This document shows positions 37,581 to 47,268 of a DNA stretch of 64,000 bases, piece after piece. How positions within the stretch are numbered: position 1 is the stretch's first letter; each line of letters begins with the position of its first letter. Where the stretch lies: the IMG/VR virus record IMGVR_UViG_3300021431_000101, positions 24,817 to 88,816 of that record; one strand, given 5' to 3'. This DNA comes from a virus (lineage: Duplodnaviria > Caudoviricetes). The notes below the pieces were generated by a model. That model had not been told where the DNA came from, searched no databases, and saw nothing but the letters and a program-made list of their open reading frames with translations. The position numbers and the translations under genes were made by a program.

Positions 37581-38642
37581 CTATGCAGCTAAAGCTACTA
37601 AATCATTTAAAGCTTTACTCATTGTTCTATTAGCTCCCCCGTAAAGGAGAGAATCAAATCTTTTTTGACCACCTAAGTTTACTACATTAGAATAATAACC
37701 AGTAACACCATTATAAACACCCCAAGCAGTACCTTTAATATCTTCTTGAGCAATACCATTGTTATAGTAATCAAATATATTACATATTTGATTTATTTTC
37801 TTTGTACTAATTTCTGTTACTTCTATTGTACGATAATCTCTATATAATATTTTTCTGAAACCATTTTTAGCATCATGATTTATAAGTTTATAATATTCTT
37901 CTTCTGATAGAATAAGTTTAACTATAAATTCAAGAGCATTATCTTCTGTCATTTTTATAGCAGAAATACTATTATATAATTGTTCAGCACTTTGTGCATA
38001 TTCAATAGCAGAAGCAAGAACTTTAGCACCAAATTCTAATTTTTCTTTAACAGATTTGGTATGTCTAAGTCTTATAAAACAATCTGCTGATTTTAACGCA
38101 CCATTAAGCATATTAGTACAAAATACTCTTATAGGAGTAAACATAATGTTTATACTTGTACTACCATCATGACTATTACTAAATACAAGATAATTATCAA
38201 TAGGGTCGCCATTTACTGATGTTTTTATTGGAAGTTTTGCACTAACAAAAACTCTTTCACCATATCCTAAAACACCAGCTGTTTGCCATAAAGCTTTATC
38301 TTTTCCAATAGCATCATTGAAGAAAGTAAAAGCATCCATATTTTGAACAACTTCATATTTTTCTTTAACAATACCTAAAGGTATATTTTCATCAGTTCTG
38401 TATGTAGCATAAGCATTAGGACAAGGTCTGTAAATTTTAGCATCATGTATAAATTCTCCACGAGTTTCTACTACTAAATTATTACTATTTATATCAAATG
38501 GCATTTCAGCAACAAGTTCACACTTTTTGACATTATAGTCAAGACCTGCTTTTTTTATGACATCTTGTGCAGTAATACAATTAGCTACATCAATACCAAG
38601 ACCACTACGCCAAGGTAATCCAATAGTATCGTAATGTTTCAT
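37581..38642 (-). CDS. DUF932 / phage-plasmid TIGR03299-like protein
   Basis: PWRSGLG...KAGLDY, GERVF, NSHDGST, TPIRVFCTN, RHT, GTAWGVYN. Confidence 0.85.
   Translation of the reverse strand: MKHYDTIGLPWRSGLGIDVANCITAQDVIKKAGLDYNVKKCELVAEMPFDINSNNLVVETRGEFIHDAKIYRPCPNAYATYRTDENIPLGIVKEKYEVVQNMDAFTFFNDAIGKDKALWQTAGVLGYGERVFVSAKLPIKTSVNGDPIDNYLVFSNSHDGSTSINIMFTPIRVFCTNMLNGALKSADCFIRLRHTKSVKEKLEFGAKVLASAIEYAQSAEQLYNSISAIKMTEDNALEFIVKLILSEEEYYKLINHDAKNGFRKILYRDYRTIEVTEISTKKINQICNIFDYYNNGIAQEDIKGTAWGVYNGVTGYYSNVVNLGGQKRFDSLLYGGANRTMSKALNDLVALAA
37633..37652 (-). repeat. G5 motif copy
   Basis: Minus strand TCTCTCCTTTACGGGGGAGC, read as SLLYGGA. Confidence 0.85.
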
Positions 38643-38644
38643 AA

Positions 38645-39385
38645 CTATTTAATAATTACACTTTTATTAACACTAAGTTTAGCTATATTAGGAGCACAAG
38701 AACCATTTTCTTTAAGAAGAGGTTTTATATCAGATTTAGATACATAAGCTTTACAAGTATAATCATCTGATACTTTAACTATTTCTTTTAAAGCTCCATA
38801 TGAGGTTCCATCTATAAGGTTCTTAACTGGTATTTTAACAGATAATTCAACGTTTGTGTTATCTAAATCATCTTCTGTTATATTATAAATGTTATCTCCT
38901 GTAACACAAGCGTGTTGTACATCTGTAATAGCAAGACCATTTACTACATCTAATTGATTAGTTGATTTAGTAAATGTCATTACATTTGTAATACCCGAAC
39001 TTATAGCTTTAAGAGCATCTTCATTTACTTCAACAGATTCTGTGCTTCTAAGACTTACACTAATAGTACCACAATCAAGATATTTGACACCACTCTTTTT
39101 AGTATCTCCAAATTGTTCTATAGATTCAGCAATAATCTTTTTAAGTTTATCAACTAATTTTTGTTTTCTATCTGCTAAATCTTTAAGACGTTTTTGTTCT
39201 GCTTTGATAGTGTTTATATCTCCATTTAACAATGTGATAACATGAGAATAATCTTCAATTTTTTCTTTAAGATTATCTTGATTTACAGCAAGAGCTTCTG
39301 CAAGTTCTTCTGTAAGTTCACCACCATTCTCTTCTAATTCATCAAATATGGATAGAAGATTACATTTTATTTCATATATATTCAT
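38645..39385 (-). CDS. siphovirus Gp157-family protein
   Basis: MNIYEI...ELEENGGELTEE...EKIEDY...EQKRLKDL coiled coil. Confidence 0.8.
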   Translation of the reverse strand: MNIYEIKCNLLSIFDELEENGGELTEELAEALAVNQDNLKEKIEDYSHVITLLNGDINTIKAEQKRLKDLADRKQKLVDKLKKIIAESIEQFGDTKKSGVKYLDCGTISVSLRSTESVEVNEDALKAISSGITNVMTFTKSTNQLDVVNGLAITDVQHACVTGDNIYNITEDDLDNTNVELSVKIPVKNLIDGTSYGALKEIVKVSDDYTCKAYVSKSDIKPLLKENGSCAPNIAKLSVNKSVIIK

Positions 39386-39386
39386 A

Positions 39387-39560
39387 TTATCTCAAATATT
39401 GATTATCAGTATAAATATGTTTTTCTTTAAGTTTACCACAATTAGAACATCTAGAAACAATGGTTGTTCCAATAACAATACCATAAGGGTTTTTAATTTC
39501 ATAACGGTCAATAATTTCATACTTGTGAAGACCAAAGAAACATTTACAATCTTGTGTCAT
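39387..39560 (-). CDS. 57-aa zinc-ribbon peptide (not in ORF track)
   Basis: Hand-translated MTQDCKCFFGLHKYE...SRCSNCGKLKEKHIYTDNQYLR. Fills the gap in the operon. Confidence 0.65.
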   Translation of the reverse strand: MTQDCKCFFGLHKYEIIDRYEIKNPYGIVIGTTIVSRCSNCGKLKEKHIYTDNQYLR

Positions 39561-39581
39561 AACTTTAATAAATTTAATTGT

Positions 39582-40442
39582 TTATATAATATTAATAATT
39601 TCTTTTACATTAGCTTTTTCAAATTCTTCTAAAGCTTTTTTAGCAAGAATAACCATATCAGGATGAGGTTTACCTGTGGTACCTTTCCATCTAAGATTAA
39701 AGAAATGAATCCAATCTTCTACAAAACCAGTCATAACTATTTCTGTTTTAGTAGCATTTGGAAGAATCTGTCTAGCTTCTTGAGGAGTAGCACCTGCTGT
39801 AATAGATGCTTTGTAATTAACTTCTACATCTTCAAGAAAGTCTACAAAATCTTTATCGGTATACATATCAGAAGTACCATTTTTTCTATGACCTGTATTA
39901 TCTACAAAACCAGAAAATTTACCATACCAAGAAGGAATAATAAAAGTTAATTCATTACCAAATTTACCTTTAGTATAATTACAATATCTAGTAGATTCTT
40001 GTAGAAAACTAAACTTACGGTGTCTTACAAGTTCATGACTAATACCTCTATCAGTTGTAAACTTTATAGTATATCTTTTTATATGATGTTCTGTTGGTAT
40101 AAACTCATAAATCATCATATGTAAAAGTTTATTTTCTAATAGCACTCTATAATTAGTTGTAATATAACAATCTCTATTATAAAGTACACATTTTGTATAA
40201 GGATTGTGTATCAAAGTTTCATAATCTGTACTTTTTTGATTTTCTTCTGGTATAATAAGATAAACAGTACCATGTTCTAAAACAGCGCCATGTTTTGCAT
40301 TTATCATGTTATTAACGAAAATTCTAGCACTATCTTTAGTTATTTTATCTTCAGATTTATATGCTATTCTACCACAAAGTTCCATATGTTTATATAGATT
40401 TGTTTGTGGAATATATTCTGCTTTTGACTCTATTAATTTCAT
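39582..40442 (-). CDS. thyX: FAD-dependent thymidylate synthase
   Basis: RGISHELVRHRKFSFLQESTRY signature, EARQILP, HFFNLR. Confidence 0.93.
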   Translation of the reverse strand: MKLIESKAEYIPQTNLYKHMELCGRIAYKSEDKITKDSARIFVNNMINAKHGAVLEHGTVYLIIPEENQKSTDYETLIHNPYTKCVLYNRDCYITTNYRVLLENKLLHMMIYEFIPTEHHIKRYTIKFTTDRGISHELVRHRKFSFLQESTRYCNYTKGKFGNELTFIIPSWYGKFSGFVDNTGHRKNGTSDMYTDKDFVDFLEDVEVNYKASITAGATPQEARQILPNATKTEIVMTGFVEDWIHFFNLRWKGTTGKPHPDMVILAKKALEEFEKANVKEIINII

Positions 40443-40467
40443 GTTTATAAGTTATATTGATTTGTTT

Positions 40468-40683
40468 TTACCATAGACTATCAAATAACAATGCCGTTAC
40501 TTCATATCCACAATGTAGGCATTTAAAATGTTTTATATCTTTATTATCTTTATAAATGAATTTTAATTTATGATTACATCTAGGACATACACCATTATTA
40601 AATGATTTCTTTTCGTTTCTATATACTATATATAACGATACAATAATTATTATAGAACATAATGTCGGTATTACTACAATCAT
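40468..40683 (-). CDS. small membrane-anchored Zn-finger protein
   Basis: N-terminal TM, FNNGVCPRC...CLHCG. Confidence 0.65.
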   Translation of the reverse strand: MIVVIPTLCSIIIIVSLYIVYRNEKKSFNNGVCPRCNHKLKFIYKDNKDIKHFKCLHCGYEVTALLFDSLW

Positions 40684-40690
40684 AATTTTA

Positions 40691-40897
40691 TTATTTATTT
40701 GTTTTACCTTTTAATATACCTGCATGTTTAACAATATCTATTTCACTACAAAACATTGTTTGAACCATATTAGGGTCAAAACCTAAAATATTAAGATAAT
40801 CGTCATCCATATCTACATTAGAATCAATATTGTATAAATGTATACTATTATCTCTAAAATCAATTATAGCTAATTTTTCTATCATGATGTTTTCCAA
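40691..40897 (-). CDS. hypothetical protein
   Basis: 68-aa ORF in a tight operon. Confidence 0.6.
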   Translation of the reverse strand: MENIMIEKLAIIDFRDNSIHLYNIDSNVDMDDDYLNILGFDPNMVQTMFCSEIDIVKHAGILKGKTNK

Positions 40898-41088
40898 TCT
40901 AAATTTTTAGTTACTACAACTTCATCTATACGATATTCTCTAAGACCACCACAGCCACTTTCTATACAATTATTTGTAAATTCTTTAGCATCTTTGTTTG
41001 CATCTTCAAGATTACCACGAATTGTAACTACAGTTTTTTCATGACTATCATCTACATAATAAACAATATAAATTTTTACTTCTGACAT
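40882..41088 (-). CDS. hypothetical protein
   Basis: 68-aa ORF overlapping its neighbours. Confidence 0.55.
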   Translation of the reverse strand: MSEVKIYIVYYVDDSHEKTVVTIRGNLEDANKDAKEFTNNCIESGCGGLREYRIDEVVVTKNLDWKTS

Positions 41089-41393
41089 AATAATTTGATT
41101 TCTTGATTAATATACCATATTGCTTTCTCTAAATCTTCTATCCCTTTTTCTATATAAGATTTATCTGCATCTTTTTTAAGACCAGCTCTCCAAAGATATT
41201 TAATAGCGTTACCTATACAAAAATCATAATGTTGTGTTATAGTAATACATTCAACACCACTTGGATGAGAAGTATAATGAGAAGGATGATTTACATTATC
41301 TTCTTTTACTACATCTTTTATAATATCTAAATCTGATTTACAACCTTGAAATTTGTCAAGACTTTCTTTTTCTATATTTATTTTTTTATTCAT
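41076..41393 (-). CDS. DUF3310 protein
   Basis: DNVNHPSHY...ECI...FCIGNAIKYLWRAGLK...DLEKAIWY. Confidence 0.88.
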   Translation of the reverse strand: MNKKINIEKESLDKFQGCKSDLDIIKDVVKEDNVNHPSHYTSHPSGVECITITQHYDFCIGNAIKYLWRAGLKKDADKSYIEKGIEDLEKAIWYINQEIKLLCQK

Positions 41394-41420
41394 AGTTTTA
41401 ATTGTTTAATTATTCTTTTG

Positions 41421-41452
41421 CAAATATACAAAAAATATTTTACACTACCAAA
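41421..41452 (-). promoter_or_regulatory. Bacteroidetes sigma70-type promoter
   Basis: Minus strand TTTG, 20 nt, TATATTTG. Exact consensus, 28 nt upstream of the DUF3310 start. Confidence 0.75.
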
Positions 41453-41481
41453 TTTTATGTAATTTTTTTTAAATCGTTTTT

Positions 41482-41545
41482 AAGCGAGTGTTTCTGTTTA
41501 GCTTAACAATGTATCGAAAAGACCATAAAAGTTGCATACAAGCCA
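41482..41545 (+). repeat. degenerate ~90-bp element, copy C
   Basis: AAGCG...CTTAACAATGTATCG...GCATACAAGCC. Confidence 0.45.
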
Positions 41546-41674
41546 CGTAGTGAATTTCTATAGGCATTGTACTTGCAAATGATTACCAGTGTACAAAAAT
41601 CAAATATAGAGATAATGCTATAGCATACAATATTACTGTTATCTTTATTATTGTTGTTATATGTTTCATAATAT

Positions 41675-41708
41675 AAAATAGGTGTTGCTAAATTAATAAC
41701 AACACCTA
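41675..41708 (-). terminator. terminator of the ligase operon
   Basis: TAGGTGTTG / CAACACCTA stem with a T-run on the minus strand. Confidence 0.65.
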
Positions 41709-41712
41709 CTAA

Positions 41713-42072
41713 TTAAATATCTAATTTATAAACAATACTATCTTTATCTTCTGAAATACATATAATATTTATGTTTACATCAGATTTGTAATTATATAAA
41801 CAACTTTCATTCCATATACTATTTAGCTTTATTTTAACTCTACCATAATTATCTTTAAAAGTTATATAAGCTTTTCTATCAGAAGGTAATTCATCTAACA
41901 TTATTATAAAATATTCATAACACTCTAATTGAGTATTATACTTTTTACAAATACAATAATAATGTTTTGTTTTTATTTCTCGTGATAATAGTTTTTTACT
42001 ATTAACATCAAGCCATGTTTTATTTTTATCTATTTTTACATCTATACTATCATAAATATTTAAATTAATCAT
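41713..42072 (-). CDS. hypothetical protein
   Basis: 119 aa, overlaps the ligase stop. Confidence 0.65.
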   Translation of the reverse strand: MINLNIYDSIDVKIDKNKTWLDVNSKKLLSREIKTKHYYCICKKYNTQLECYEYFIIMLDELPSDRKAYITFKDNYGRVKIKLNSIWNESCLYNYKSDVNINIICISEDKDSIVYKLDI

Positions 42073-43313
42073 ATAATTACTTTTATTATTTTGGCATGAA
42101 ATGGAACTTCTTTCACACCACTACGTTCTCTATATTCTACAAGAGCTTTTTTATTAACAAACAGTTCTGGACGATTAACATAAAGTTCTTGAGCTTTTTG
42201 ACTAACATTTATTGTACTATTGAAACATTCACTATTTATATCATTCTGTAAAGTAAATATTGGAAGTCCTCTTTTATCTGATTGAACATTAACAATAGTA
42301 AAATAACCATCATAAACTTTCTTATATTTGAACATACTACTATTTCGTTTACCAAAAGCATATTCTGCCTTTGGATTACGAATAATAAGACCTTCAAATC
42401 CCATATCTATAAATGTATCTCTAAATGCTATAGCATCAGTTATATCATCTACAATATATGTAGGAATTGTTATTAATTGTTCTGTATTAGTCATATGTTG
42501 AACTTTATCTATATCTTTATCAAGTAAAGTAAATACATTTGTACTTTTTAAAAGAAGTTTATTTCTTTCTTCAGCAGACATATTTTCACAACATATATCA
42601 TAACACCAATATTGAAGTTTATAATGTTGAGGCATTTTATTATTTTTAACAAATGAATTAATATCATTCACAGAATAACCTGGAAGATACAATTCACCAT
42701 CTAAACAAACACCTTCATCTACCATCATATCTTTTAATTCTTTAGACAGATTTATTCTAAGTATATCATCCATCCAAGAAAGATTCCAACTAATACCTTC
42801 TCTAGAAGTATAAGTAAATCTAATAGTTTCAAATAGATTATTCTCTACCGCTTCAGCACCAACAATACATCTAAGACCATTTATCTTCCATTGTCCTAAC
42901 ATATAACCATTTTTATCAAAAGGTTTATTATCTTCTAATGTTTTAGCAAGCATTGGAAGAACAAAACCATCAGCAGTAGTGTTATTTTTAGGAAGATAAG
43001 TTTGTAGATAATTGTAAAGGTTATGTTCATCAATACAGCCATCTCTTTTACGGGGGAGGTCACTAGATGTAATTACTGTTGTAGGAGAATTATCATATAA
43101 ATCTTCTATAGCTTTATAACCTTCTTTTCTTTTAGCTTTAATACGAGATTGTACTTCATTAGCTTTAACTAAAGATGGTTGTATAATTTCATTATGTGAT
43201 TTCTTACCAAAAATACCATAAGTAACACTTATACTACCATCAGATAAAGAATGTATTTGCCATCTAATAATATCTCCTTTAGCATTTCTTTTATACAGTG
43301 TTGTTATTTCCAT
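42069..43313 (-). CDS. lig: ATP-dependent DNA ligase
   Basis: PMLAK, motif I QWKINGLR, LDGELY, FEGLIIR, GKRNSSMFKYK. Confidence 0.88.
   Translation of the reverse strand: MEITTLYKRNAKGDIIRWQIHSLSDGSISVTYGIFGKKSHNEIIQPSLVKANEVQSRIKAKRKEGYKAIEDLYDNSPTTVITSSDLPRKRDGCIDEHNLYNYLQTYLPKNNTTADGFVLPMLAKTLEDNKPFDKNGYMLGQWKINGLRCIVGAEAVENNLFETIRFTYTSREGISWNLSWMDDILRINLSKELKDMMVDEGVCLDGELYLPGYSVNDINSFVKNNKMPQHYKLQYWCYDICCENMSAEERNKLLLKSTNVFTLLDKDIDKVQHMTNTEQLITIPTYIVDDITDAIAFRDTFIDMGFEGLIIRNPKAEYAFGKRNSSMFKYKKVYDGYFTIVNVQSDKRGLPIFTLQNDINSECFNSTINVSQKAQELYVNRPELFVNKKALVEYRERSGVKEVPFHAKIIKVII
43041..43060 (+). repeat. G5 motif copy
   Basis: ATCTCTTTTACGGGGGAGGT, antisense within the ligase (DLPRKRD). Confidence 0.85.
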
Positions 43314-43788
43314 TATCTACAGGTTTAAATGTAAATTTTAATGTTGAAAATGTTTTAGCTTTTTTAGCTAATGATAATTTAATTTTATCATCTTTACTAA
43401 GTTTAACTTTTTCTTTCTTTTCTTTCTTTGTAGTAGTCCTTTCTTTTTTATTAGTTTTCTTTTTAGTATCATAAACTATTGGAGGATTAATCTTTTCAAA
43501 TTCTAAATTCTTTTGATGTAATTCCAATAGTTTACTTATTAATTTTTCTGATTCATCTTTTAAATATTTAGTAGCTATTATATATGCTCTTGTCATATCT
43601 AATTGATAAAGAAATCCGATAGTTTGTTGTAGTCGTAATCCATTAGAAATACGACTACAATCTAAATATTTAAGATAATTATTAAAACAATTTAAAGCAC
43701 CTTTTCTTTCTATATCAACAATTAACATTGTTTCATAAAAAGTGTCAAGTTTTACAAAATATTGTTTTATTGTGCTTATATTAATCAT
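43291..43788 (-). CDS. hypothetical protein, Lys-rich C-terminus
   Basis: 165-aa ORF in the replication operon. Confidence 0.65.
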   Translation of the reverse strand: MINISTIKQYFVKLDTFYETMLIVDIERKGALNCFNNYLKYLDCSRISNGLRLQQTIGFLYQLDMTRAYIIATKYLKDESEKLISKLLELHQKNLEFEKINPPIVYDTKKKTNKKERTTTKKEKKEKVKLSKDDKIKLSLAKKAKTFSTLKFTFKPVDNGNNNTV

Positions 43789-44240
43789 TTTGGATATTTA
43801 AATATTAGTGTTCTTTTAGGCTTATTTAATACACCATGAACATATTGAACTATAACTTCTGGACGTTTTGTATCAAAATATTTTATAAAATTTTTATCAT
43901 TAGTACAAGTATGAGTTTCGTAATCATAATTACTAGGAATAGAAAAACCAGCCCAAATTACTTCTCTAAACCAATTCATATTTACAAAATAATCCAAATC
44001 ATCACCTTTGTCAGTAAAATCAATTTCACCATAAGCTTGTATATCAGATGGACTTATGTGAAATTTAAGATTACCTCGTTCAATATCTATAGGTAAATTA
44101 GCATCTAGAGCAGCTTCTTCATCTTCTGTAATACCTGTCATAACAATAGATTGTTTTCTACCATGAATATCATTACAGATGATACTATAATAATCTTCTC
44201 TAATTAAAAGGGGGAAAGTAAATGTCATCTTGTTCTCCAT
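43785..44240 (-). CDS. hypothetical protein
   Basis: 151-aa ORF in the replication operon. Confidence 0.65.
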   Translation of the reverse strand: MENKMTFTFPLLIREDYYSIICNDIHGRKQSIVMTGITEDEEAALDANLPIDIERGNLKFHISPSDIQAYGEIDFTDKGDDLDYFVNMNWFREVIWAGFSIPSNYDYETHTCTNDKNFIKYFDTKRPEVIVQYVHGVLNKPKRTLIFKYPK

Positions 44241-45426
44241 ATTTTAATTCTATATAAGTTAATGTTTCTTCAATAAATTGATTAATTTGATTAATACTAT
44301 AATGTTCATGTAATTCTGCAAAATCTTTACTTTTGTAATCAGGTAAGCCAAACTCACCACGAGTTATAAATATATATGGTATATTATATGTATCATACAT
44401 ATATTTACTACATCGTCTACCTGTAGCATCAAAATCATTTAAACTTATTAATTTACCATTTTCAGCAAGTTTACTTGTAAGATAATTGTATTCTTTATCA
44501 TTGAGTTTATAGCTTTCACTAGGTAAATTAACAACACCTATTTTAAGTTTTCTGTCACCTCCCCCGTAAAGGAGATGTGATGATAAATGACTTCCTATAC
44601 TTAATCTATCTTTACTACTTTTAGTAATAAGAATATAATCATAATCGTCAAGTTCTAAGTTTAATATACCTTCTAATACTTGACAATTAGTTATAAACTT
44701 TAAATCTTTACTTCTATCACGAAGAGGAAAATAAAGTTTAATAAGATAAATACCACTTCTATTTTGCCCTAACATATAAGCATAACAAGGGTCTTTCTCT
44801 TTATAATAATATTTAGGTTCACTATCTGCATTTCTGTTTACATAATATTGTTCTACAGGTATAACAAAATTAGTATTAAGATAATTTAAATTTACACCCC
44901 AACTATTCCATATAGCTTTATCATTCTTGTTCCAACTTCTAGGTACTATTTCTATTATAGCTTTAGATGCTTTACCTTTTTTTAATGCTTGTTGTATAAG
45001 AGGGTCTATATTTTCATCTACTTCTTTATCATCGATAATATCTGAAAATGTATAAGCTATATGTTTAAGAATGAAATAAAAATCTCTTTTATTGTTTGGC
45101 TCTATCTTTCTATCATAAGCAAAACTTAAAACAAAACCTACTACATCATATATATCACCAAAGAAACCAAATCCACCAAAATCACGAACTTTAAGTCTTC
45201 CAGCTTTATTTATAGCAAATCCCATACTACCATTAGTATCGTCATCCCTAAATACAGAAGTTATTAGATTATTATTTTTAATACAATCATCAATAACTTC
45301 TTTAGGAATATCAAGATATTTAGACATTATAGCAATCTGACTTACTTTAGACTCTATATAATTCTTTGTAAGAGAACTAGTATTTGGATTTCTTCGCATA
45401 ATATAATAAAAGGGAGATAAATACAA
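44200..45426 (-). CDS. DNA primase (crAss-like, TOPRIM); real start probably 45399
   Basis: N-terminal SVFRDDDTNGSM (Zn-less CHC2-like), ILITKSSKD, NDFDATG (DxD) and SKDFAE. Confidence 0.8.
   Translation of the reverse strand: MYLSPFYYIMRRNPNTSSLTKNYIESKVSQIAIMSKYLDIPKEVIDDCIKNNNLITSVFRDDDTNGSMGFAINKAGRLKVRDFGGFGFFGDIYDVVGFVLSFAYDRKIEPNNKRDFYFILKHIAYTFSDIIDDKEVDENIDPLIQQALKKGKASKAIIEIVPRSWNKNDKAIWNSWGVNLNYLNTNFVIPVEQYYVNRNADSEPKYYYKEKDPCYAYMLGQNRSGIYLIKLYFPLRDRSKDLKFITNCQVLEGILNLELDDYDYILITKSSKDRLSIGSHLSSHLLYGGGDRKLKIGVVNLPSESYKLNDKEYNYLTSKLAENGKLISLNDFDATGRRCSKYMYDTYNIPYIFITRGEFGLPDYKSKDFAELHEHYSINQINQFIEETLTYIELKYGEQDDIYFPPFN
44557..44578 (-). repeat. G5 motif copy
   Basis: Minus strand ACATCTCCTTTACGGGGGAGGT, read as HLLYGGG. 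Confidence 0.88.
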
Positions 45427-45438
45427 GATTTACCTCCC
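45408..45438 (-). terminator. terminator after the SSB-like gene
   Basis: Minus strand GGGAGGTAA...TTATCTCCC followed by TTTT. Confidence 0.6.
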
Positions 45439-45464
45439 CATAAACATACTACTATTATCTTTAA

Positions 45465-46376
45465 CTAAAATGGCATATCTCCATCTGCACTATCATACGC
45501 TCCGCTAGGCATAGCACCTGTTGGCATACCGCCAGCAATTACACCACCACTCATAGGAGCACCCATTGGAACACCAATAGTAGGTGTCTTCTTAGTTTCT
45601 TTAGGTGTAATAGATTCTTTAGCTAAATCTATTCTAAGTATTGCAGGAGGTGTATTAGGTTTTTGAATTTCAATTACACCAGAACCAATGAATTGGTCAA
45701 AACCAAGTTCACCATTTTGTCCTACATTAATCCAATCATTCTTACGTTTACGATGACGAAGAAGTTTCATCCAAACAGTAATAAACTTACCATTAGCATC
45801 TTTATACTTAGGTTTTGCTACTTCACCATCAGCAAGTTCAAAAGAACCGTTCATAATAGAAACAAAATTCTCAAACAGCTTTGCATAACCAGCAAGAACT
45901 TCTTCTTGTTCTATTGCAACATATTCTCCTGTTTCATCAAAATCAACAAAACTAAGACTTAAAGCATCTTCTTCTGCTTCTGTCATTTGACGACCTTTGA
46001 GAACATAAACATCTAATATATGCTTAATCCAATTAAGAACATTGTTAACCTTCCATTCTTCAGTACCTCCAGGAATAGTATTAACATTACTCTCAACTGG
46101 GAATAAAGTATGGTAAATATGCCTTTGTTCAGATACATTAGCATGATTACTAGCAAAATGAAAAGTAAGACGAGGAACTTTAGAACCAGCAAAAGATTTA
46201 GTGTCTGCATTTGTACTCCAATCAACTCTTACTTCTGCAAGATGTCCTAAAAATAAACCATTAGTAGCTGCATCTGATTCATGAAATCTTAATTGATTAA
46301 CAGCTTGAGTTTGATTACTGACACCTCTTCTAATTTTCTTTACTGCACTTGCAGTTTCTTTTGTTTCTTTAGTCAT
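45465..46376 (-). CDS. putative single-stranded DNA-binding protein
   Basis: G/P/M-rich flexible tail ending in acidic DGDMPF (SSB-type C-terminal tip), next to the primase. Confidence 0.55.
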   Translation of the reverse strand: MTKETKETASAVKKIRRGVSNQTQAVNQLRFHESDAATNGLFLGHLAEVRVDWSTNADTKSFAGSKVPRLTFHFASNHANVSEQRHIYHTLFPVESNVNTIPGGTEEWKVNNVLNWIKHILDVYVLKGRQMTEAEEDALSLSFVDFDETGEYVAIEQEEVLAGYAKLFENFVSIMNGSFELADGEVAKPKYKDANGKFITVWMKLLRHRKRKNDWINVGQNGELGFDQFIGSGVIEIQKPNTPPAILRIDLAKESITPKETKKTPTIGVPMGAPMSGGVIAGGMPTGAMPSGAYDSADGDMPF

Positions 46377-46400
46377 TTTAATTAAATTTTAAAATTAATA

Positions 46401-46442
46401 GTAAAATAATGTCGGAGATAAACTATATGTCTATCTCCGACA
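46401..46442 (-). terminator. terminator
   Basis: TGTCGGAGATA / TATCTCCGACA 11-bp perfect stem. Confidence 0.7.
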
Positions 46443-46470
46443 CAATGTTTAAGAATAAATTAAAACTCTA

Positions 46471-47268
46471 TTAGTCCTTCTTCTCACGAACCATCACATC
46501 AACATCCTCAACGTAAGAGATAGGATATGCAACAATCTCTACATTCTCCTTACCATTAGAAACACTAGTTGTAAATGCTTCATCGAGATTAACATCAAAT
46601 ATACGATTCTTCTTTGTGATGTCATCACCAAGGTCACTCTTAAGAGTAGTCCAAATAGATGTATCAGTAAAGTTAAGCTGACAACCTACACCAGTGAAAG
46701 AAGAAGTAGTTGCAGTACGAGAACCACTACTTACATGATACTTAGGGAACTCAATATCATCAACCTTAATGAGAGAGATAAGAGTTTCATCGTCAGCTTC
46801 ACCACCGTTACGCTCTACAAGAGCTTCACGATTAGCCTCAAGAATTTCAGCAGAATGTTCAGCAATATAAGCCTTCTTCTCATCCTCTGTCATACGCTCT
46901 GTATTCTCAACAGGAGTACCATTAGCGTGATACTGTGGAACACCCTTAGCAATAGCCCATACAGTCCACTCTTTAAGAACTGCATCCTGACCTTCACGAG
47001 TGTTAATATCAATACCATTCTCTTCTGCCCAAGCAGTCAAATCGGCATTACCTGCAACAATAGCCTGCTCAAGAGTAGCAATGTTATTAATAAACATGAT
47101 ATTCTCACCTACAGCAACACCCATTGCCTTAGATACTGGAGCAGTTACACAAAACTTACCCTTTGTAGAGTTTGCAATAAGCTGAGGAGTGTTGTTTACT
47201 GTAGAAGACTTCATACCACTCTGAACTGCATTAAAACCAAATGCTACTTTGTTACCAATCTTAATCAT
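46471..47268 (-). CDS. conserved hypothetical protein, probably highly expressed
   Basis: 265 aa, visibly higher GC and different codon use than its neighbours. Confidence 0.75.
   Translation of the reverse strand: MIKIGNKVAFGFNAVQSGMKSSTVNNTPQLIANSTKGKFCVTAPVSKAMGVAVGENIMFINNIATLEQAIVAGNADLTAWAEENGIDINTREGQDAVLKEWTVWAIAKGVPQYHANGTPVENTERMTEDEKKAYIAEHSAEILEANREALVERNGGEADDETLISLIKVDDIEFPKYHVSSGSRTATTSSFTGVGCQLNFTDTSIWTTLKSDLGDDITKKNRIFDVNLDEAFTTSVSNGKENVEIVAYPISYVEDVDVMVREKKD

Noticed and set aside
45432-45445. TTTATGGGGAGGT as another motif copy (also 44211, 56284, 6067)
   Set aside because: These lack the pyrimidine-rich upstream flank or are explained by hairpin stems, so they were not counted.
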